Source of the DNA: Octopus sinensis
Taxonomy: Eukaryota
Assembly (NCBI RefSeq): GCF_006345805.1
Contig: NC_043008.1
Span: 72,292,001 to 72,356,000 of the forward strand
Length of the DNA stretch: 64,000 nucleotides
Reading direction: 5' to 3'
The notes below the pieces were generated by a model. It saw nothing but the letters and a program-made list of their open reading frames with translations, made no database searches and had not been told where the DNA came from. Of this stretch, positions 56,491-64,000 are shown piece by piece. The first letter of the stretch is position 1; every line of letters begins with the position of its first letter. A program made the position numbers and the translations under genes.

Positions 56491-58158
56491 ATTAGTTTTC
56501 GTTCCATTTCTAGACCGGTATAGTTTGGAATGGACGTCACAGACACTCTTGATTTTCAAAGCAACACAAAACAAAAGATGTTGGTGTTAAATCTACGAGA
56601 TATTGTACACAAACAGGAAGTCGTTTGAGGCGGAGAGTACTTGAACTTCGTATGGAAACTTCTCTACACAACAAAACGTGATCCTGCAGACGAGTGTTTT
56701 AATTTAGACAAAGTTTCCCATTCCGTAGTAACTTTTTGGAACTTCTATATTTTCGGGCCAAGGATATTCTTTGTTTACGAGAAAACCTAATAGGTCAGAT
56801 TGATACAATATGCAACAAACCCCATCAATTGTCCAAAATGAAATTATTGATATCATAAAAGGTTGTTTTTGAGACAACTATAGCAAACTAATGTGGAAAG
56901 TGTTCAGGATTTTCATTATCATTGAGCAAGTCAGATTATACATCAGAAATATCACCGAGGGAGAGAATCATCAGACTCAGTACATATTCAACTAAAGAGT
57001 ATGTTTTCTATGAATTAGTCAAAAATGTACTCAGAAGACTGAGGCTAAAACATGAGAAGATAACGTTGGATGATATTTTTTATGGTATAGCGGATATGAG
57101 TGATGCATACTGGGGCTTGGTAATAAGAAAAAAGTAGTCGTTCTGAAAATGATTCTGTCAATTAGAAAAACAACCGCAGAAAATTCGTCAAAATAAAAAA
57201 AAAGATTATAGAAATTATATCAGCTGAAAAACTGCTACAGTAACCAAGGAAAGGCTTATTCATTTCAAAAAGAAAAAAACTTTTAATGTGTTTAAAAAGG
57301 CTTCGAGGTAGCAGATGAAATTTCAAACAAGTCACACCTCGATTTATAATCAAGGAACAAAAAGTTCGGAAATGGAAATGATATCTCGTCGATAGTAAAC
57401 TCTTGCTATTGAATAAACAATGGAAGCTCGACTAGATCAGTCTACCAATGACTGCTATCGTAAGTTTAATTATTATATCAGTGTGCATACGGTCATTGTA
57501 GGATGAGAATCATTGCTTAACCCATCAATGGTGTGTGCACTTTTATAATGTCCTCGATCCTGACCCGTCATTTGCCTCCGTGTGCACTGTCGATTCGTTA
57601 TATGGATTACATGGTGTTGATTTAGATCTCTCACAGATGGGAATGCAGTCTTAGAAAAATTGCTCATGGAACATACGAATCTAATAAGCTTATCTGTAAT
57701 GGTTACCTATTACTGAAACTATCTATAAGAACCATATACCAAACTTCTATGTAATTACTGGTATCAAGACAGTCATTCCTGCCACATCGTCTTCTGCAGT
57801 ACACTCATTCAGTGACATTGGACATATGAAAATATTCCTGAAGAAAACAATAAGTCGATCGGAACAAAAACTGAGACGAACTAAAAATTGAGCGAAAAGT
57901 ATGCCAAAGTGCCTATTGCCAAAACTGTTAACCAAATAACTAATGTTTTTGGTGTTAAGAAAGGCAGAAAACAATATTTCTTTTAACTTCCATGTTAAGT
58001 GATTTCTGTTGTGTATCGATGATTGATAAAAAGACATTTTATTAAAAATTGGTATTTGCTTTTTTTTGTGTACAATATTTCTGCCAAATCAACCGTTCTC
58101 ACACCACCGCTTCAGCAAAACTCCCTATATGCCTATATATGCAAATGTGTACACACAG

Positions 58159-58218
<60 letters not shown>

Positions 58219-58337
58219 AATAGAATAAAGACAAAGAAAGATTATATCTGTATGTACATGTATATGTATGTGTGTGTCTGTGTGTTTGTGTGCATACATA
58301 CATATAAACACACATACATATATATGTATATTTGTAT

Positions 58338-58599
58338 GCAGGAGTGGCTGTGTGGTAAGTAGCTTGCCTACCAACCACATGGTACCGGGTTCAGTCCCAC
58401 TGCATGGCAACTTGGGCAAGTGTCTTCTACTATAGCCTCGGGCCGACCAAAGCTTTGTGAGTGGAGTTGGTAGACAGAAACTGAAAGAAGCCTGTCCTGT
58501 ATGTATTTATGTGTGTGTGCGTGCGTTTGTGTCTGCGCTTGTCCCCCCCCCCCACCATCGCAATTTGCTCGACTAAAAGGGTGCTCCAGCATGGCCGCA
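58338..58599 (+). mobile_element. SINE family A, internally deleted
   Basis: GCAGGAGTGGCTGTGTGGTAAGTAGCTTG..GGGTTCAGTCCC..GCTCCAGCATGGCCGCA. Confidence 0.85.
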
Positions 58600-58654
58600 T
58601 ATATATATATATATATATATGGAGAGTTTGTGTATATATGTATATATATTGTAT

Positions 58655-59095
58655 AATGGATCGCAAGGCCAAAATAATGCGAAGTAAATGCAAAGTAAAT
58701 CACAAGAAAATAAATATGTGAATTAATGTAAACGTACCTCGTATTCAATATTTCGGGCTTCTGATCCCATTTTCAAGAAATTGACGATTGTTGCCGATGT
58801 GCGTGTGTGTGAGCGTATGTGAAGCGCACATGCGAGGAGAGGTGTTGCTATAGAAACCAGCTAGCTTCTTGTAACTATGGTGTATGAGGATGGCCTCAGA
58901 AATTCTAAGGTTGCCCCTGTTCCGATGTGTTGCATTGACGTGCACTGTGAACTCCCGCGTCTGACATTTCTGTAGATGTTTCTTCACGGAAATGTCTGCC
59001 TGCATATGTTCCTTAATGAGTACATTCAGTTATCTTGTGGTGCTTCCTATGTAGGATACGCCACATCTGCCACAGATGATGATTCTAAACACCAT
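58655..59095 (-). mobile_element. Penelope-like element remnant: GIY-YIG endonuclease fragment plus downstream hammerhead motif (58744-58779)
   Basis: VFRIIICGRCGVSYIGSTTR*LNVLIKEH..LRISEAILI, then ttc-TTGAAAA-T-GGG..CCC-GAAA-TA-TT-gaa; ends near (TA)n. Confidence 0.7.
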
Positions 59096-59099
59096 GGTA

Positions 59100-59397
59100 T
59101 TGATTGAATGTTTGATTTTTATCAATCTCGGTACTTGTCCTCAGATTGCACTGTCTTCAGATTGACATCCAAACACTGAAATATTTATTTTGGAGCTTTC
59201 GGCGCGAATGCCAAGCGGTACAGCATGTCGTTTCCAAATTTGTAGCAGAGTGAATTGCATCATGGTGCTGTTTTTCTCACAAACGGTGCACAACTGACCC
59301 TACTACACTGTGTAGTCGACAAAATCAAAAGCAAGCAATGCGCATGCGTAACATAAAAAATATAAAATGGCGACAATTTACCCATCGCGCCCATTAT
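59100..59397 (-). mobile_element. Probable Tc1/mariner-superfamily 5' end fragment
   Basis: Starts at a TA run with GGGCGCGATGGGTAAATTGTCGCC, then MMQFTLLQIWKRHAVPLGIRAESS, which resembles a transposase HTH N-terminus. Truncated. Confidence 0.4.
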
Positions 59398-59576
59398 ATA
59401 ATATATATATATATATATTATATATATATATATATTATATATATATATATTATATATATATATATATATATGTATGTATATATATATATGAGTGCGTATA
59501 AATAAATAAAAACATATATATATATATGAGTGCGTATAAATAAATAAAAACATATATATATATATATATATAATAT

Positions 59577-59608
<32 letters not shown>

Positions 59609-59839
59609 CATACATATGTGTGTGTTTGTGTATGTGTGTGTGTATGTATGTATGTATATATATATATGAGTGCGTATAAATAAATAAAAACATATATATA
59701 TATATATGTATGTATATGTATTATAAATATATATATATGAGTGTGTGTTTATATGTATTTATGCATATATGTTTGTATAATTATGTTTATATATGTATAC
59801 ATATTTATGTGTATATTACATATTATGTATATATATATG

Positions 59840-59894
<55 letters not shown>

Positions 59895-59999
59895 TGTGTC
59901 TGCAGAAAAACGGTCTGCAATTCGATCTTCAATTAGGATGAAATTGTTGCCATTGTCTCTACTTTTCTTTTATTGTTTGTAGTATTCCCTGGGGTTAAC

Positions 60000-60032
<33 letters not shown>

Positions 60033-60446
60033 TGCACGCACACACTCATACACACAGACACACTGACGTATACACACATTTACAGAGAGATACGCACATA
60101 TTAGCAACAGAAACTAAATGAAAATCGGCACATAGGAGGAGATAAAAATGATTGCTGTATTTCAGTGAAAAGAACACACGTAAATAATCCGGCAAAAATA
60201 TATTATACAGAAAAATAAACAACAACGAAATAAACAACAATAAATACAATAATAACAAAATAGACAACAACAACAAAGTAATTCATTTTCTATTTATAGA
60301 GTTTTTATAGCTTTAGTTACTATGGCTTGCATGGATAAAAATCATTGATCATTTATTTGCCTGGTTTTCATTTCAAACAGATTCTTAGATATCATCCTCG
60401 TTGTAGCTTTTCCATCACTTGTGTTACTTTTTGTTTTATTGATATT

Positions 60447-60496
<50 letters not shown>

Positions 60497-60519
60497 TAAT
60501 ATATATATTATTATATATG

Positions 60520-60550
<31 letters not shown>

Positions 60551-60612
60551 TATGTGTGTGTGTATATATAATATATATACTATATATATATATATATTAT
60601 ATTATACATATG

Positions 60613-60678
<66 letters not shown>

Positions 60679-61180
60679 CATACTACATATATATGTAGAG
60701 AGTGAAAGAAAGAGAGAGAATGAGTGAGAGAGAAATAGTTATATAGATTGAGTTTGTTTTTCCCCCTCTCTAATTTTCTGTGACCAACTACCATTTTTAG
60801 TAGTCAACCTGTTTAGTAGGCAGACTCAAGGCATATACATTGATCTTGGTGCTATTAAATCACTTGAACCTTTCTACTTTCAAACTGCGCTATAATGGTC
60901 AGTTTTGTCGTAACAGTTGTTGGAATTTCTTGACAAACTGACTACTACCTAAATTACATTTTCTGGAAATCCAATTATATTCGTAAAAGTAACAGTAGCG
61001 CTATATCTCTGAATAAACGCTCCGAATATATGATATAGATATATGATATCTGAAACATCACTTTAACACAGGGGCAGCTCATATTTATTCCGGAGCTCTT
61101 TTGACAGAACATTATTAGATATTTTCTTCCATAAAATATATACAAAAAAATGTCAATAAATATAAACAAGTCCCCTTTTA

Positions 61181-61236
<56 letters not shown>

Positions 61237-61539
61237 TGTATGTATATATACATATATGTATGTATATATATTTTTTATTTTATTCTATTATTCATTTATC
61301 CATTTATTTATTTGTGTACATATTTATTGGTTAATCACAAGATATAGTTGGTCAAATATTGAATATTCAGAGATAAGCCCGCCCTATTTTGCTTAGTTTC
61401 TCTGCTATATTTAGCAACAAAAATATCTCTGTGGCCACTTTAATAATAATATTGATTGATTCTTCGGAAATATGAAGACCTAGGAATTTGTAATGAGATA
61501 GTACAGGCTATTTAACATGCATTTAACACAATACTGGTA

Positions 61540-61810
61540 TTGTCCATCTTTACGTTCTGAGTTCGAACCCCGCCGAGATTGATTTTGCATTTGAATTAAG
61601 GCGGCGATCTAGTAGAACCGTTAGCATGAGCGGCAAAATGCTTCGTAGCATTCCGTCCATCTTTACGTTCTGAGTTCGTATTCCATCGAGGTCGAATGTG
61701 CCTTTCATCCTTTCGGAGTCGATAAAATTAGTATCAGTTGAGCCCTAGGATCGATGTAATTGACATATCATTTTCCCCGAAATGGTTGGCCTCGTGCCAA
61801 AATTTGCTAT
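61540..61810 (+). mobile_element. SINE family B (short fragment plus longer copy)
   Basis: TCCATCTTTACGTTCTGAGTTCG occurs twice; GCCTTTCATCCTTTCGGAGTCGATAAAAT. Confidence 0.75.
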
Positions 61811-62170
61811 CAATATCTTACTTATATTTATAAAATAAAACTAAACAAAATATGTAAAGAAGTCTAATCACTTTTTATTAAAGGTTGTTTTTTCCATTTG
61901 TAGTAAAAATCAAGGGTTTTATGACCGAATGTATGGGAGAAACTGTTCACTTTGGGATGTAGACTAAACAAAATTCCCAGTTTAACACCACTACCGTGCC
62001 CTCGGGTGGTTGTACCAAAGTTCGCTATTTTGTATGCACTGTACCAACATTTTTCTTGGTGCTACTCGTATCTGCAAGAAATTTGTTTGTTGAGTCAAGA
62101 AATTATCTGCATCGGATTCATCAGTTTAGAATGCTTGAAACTTCGGGATGGGAACTATATATGTATATAT

Positions 62171-62220
<50 letters not shown>

Positions 62221-63199
62221 TCCAGTACGAAACTGGTATTAATTCTATCGACCCCGAAAGTATGGTAAACAAAACCGACATCGGCGTTTCTTTACTCAGA
62301 ACGTAAAGAAATGTTGTTATGCAGTTTCCCCGGGATTGTGTGAGCAAGCAATTTTTGGGACACCTTTTGTTGTCTCTTTCCTCGCACAAGGGAGAGCAGT
62401 GCTACTCTGAATAGGCTGCTTTGTAGTTAAGAAGAGGATACAGACTGTGAAATTGCTCACACACGTTTCAGAGAACGGTCACATTCTTCTTACCAGAATA
62501 GGTGCAATGCTCAAGCTAGAGACCTCCAGTGACTTTCCTCACCTGTTCTCATCTCTTTTAGTTCATTGCCGAAGGCTTTGATTTGTCCTCATGTCATCAT
62601 TCAATGACATGCAATATGATTTCATTTAAAATGGAATTTGCTTGTGTTGGACAAAACCTACGCTCTCTACCTAGAAAGCATAAGTTGTACTAGTTCTCAG
62701 TGTTTCACTTGTCAGATGTAGACTAGATTGCAGATCAAGTAGTGATAGTATGGCTTGATCAGCCAATGGGTTGGTGGCTCAACACATAAACACACATATA
62801 CATATATAATGAGTATAAAATATATAAATATATAAAACGGATTATGAAAAATAATAAATATAAAATTATAAAAATAAAAACACACACACACGTATGCATA
62901 TATGTTTGTGTGTGTGTGTGCGTGTATGTGTGCAAAAATATAAAATATGAATATATATATATAAATTAAATAAAAGTATATAAACAATAAATACATATGT
63001 GCACAAGCATGGCCTTAGAGCACTCATGAGTTTCCCGCCCTTTGAAGGATTTTATTTTTCGTTCTGCAGGTTGTCCAACAACCACTCTCCACACCAAGCA
63101 GTCTCGGTGGGGTTGCCAGTTTAGGTGCCAAACCATGGAACAAGTTGTACTGAGTTACATGTTACCAGTAGCGTTCAAGAGGATTTGACGACATATTAT

Positions 63200-63501
63200 G
63201 CGTGGCTTGGTGGTATTCATTTCACCATCGTGAGATTGTCAATTCGATTCCTAGGGGCGCATTTTGCCCTTCGGCAAGATACTTTATTTCACGCTGCTCC
63301 AATTAACTCAGCTGACAAAAATGACTAGTGTTTGTATTTCAATGTGTAAGCCTTGTAACGTTTTGTCTCTTTGAGATGTACGACAAGGCTATGCGTTCTG
63401 TGGAGTGACCAGCCACTTACACCTTAATTCCAAGAGCAGGTAGTTTCATTGATCAGATCAGCTGGATTTCACGTCGTCGTAACCGACGGAGTGTCAGCGG
63501 T

Positions 63502-63505
<4 letters not shown>
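63200..63505 (+). mobile_element. SINE family C, degraded (tail type W)
   Basis: GCGTGGCTTGGTGG..TTCGATTCC..GCAAGATACTTTATTTCACGCTGCTCC..ACTCAGCTG; distinct 3' part ending CGTAACCGACGGAGTG. Confidence 0.65.
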
Positions 63506-63541
<36 letters not shown>

Positions 63542-63589
63542 TAATATGGGTGGTACCACTTTGTTGTACCCTCTGTCACATTAGTGATG

Positions 63590-63620
<31 letters not shown>

Positions 63621-63965
63621 GTAATTGCAGCGTGGAGGGGGTTTATAAGCCATTAAAACCACAAAAACACACAAATCGTTAGATTCACTTCAACATTTAA
63701 ATTTTATTTTTGTCAAAATATTTTCGTCGCTTTGAAACCGCGAACTGTTCACTAACAAAATTACGTGTTGAATCTCATTTTGTCAGTGAATAAGTCGCGG
63801 TTTCATATAAATATTTTGACACAAATTAAATTTAAATGTTGAAGTAAATCTAACGGTTTTTGCGTGCTTTTTTTAAATTTCTTATGAACACCTTCCGCGC
63901 TGCGATTGCTTTTGTTTCAGCACACAATCTCAGATTGTTACTTGCTATGCAAGTACATCTCCGTA
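63621..63965. mobile_element. Palindromic TA-flanked element (~135-bp arms) with G3-C8 hammerhead motif at 63711-63757 (-)
   Basis: Arms about 63621-63761 and 63777-63909; minus strand tgtta-GTGAACA-gttcgc..gcgac-GAAA-ATAT-TT-tgaca. Confidence 0.65.
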
Positions 63966-64000
63966 ATATATATACATACATACATACATACATACATACA

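Overview
AT-rich, repeat-dense eukaryotic DNA with no credible intact protein-coding gene. The SINE families and the very high (TA)n/(CA)n/(GATA)n density look like a coleoid cephalopod, probably Octopus (recognised from memory, not from a search). Nearly all listed ORFs are microsatellite artefacts. Supportable content: at least four tRNA-type SINE families (about 20 copies) with shuffled head/body/tail modules; two adjacent near-full-length mariner relics and two other Tc1/mariner fragments; remnants of RTE, R4/Dong-like and L1/Tx1-like LINEs; Penelope-like GIY-YIG remnants; MITEs; a decayed histone H4 fragment; and a 1.25-kb tandem duplication. The most interesting signal is a dispersed set of minimal type I hammerhead-ribozyme motifs in short, mostly (TA)n-flanked, often palindromic elements. 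Their cores covary at the 3-8 pair (C-G, U-A, G-C), and one decayed copy sits behind a Pol III/tRNA-like head. This suggests a diverse non-autonomous Penelope/retrozyme-like system. All alignments and folds were done by eye, and boundaries are approximate.
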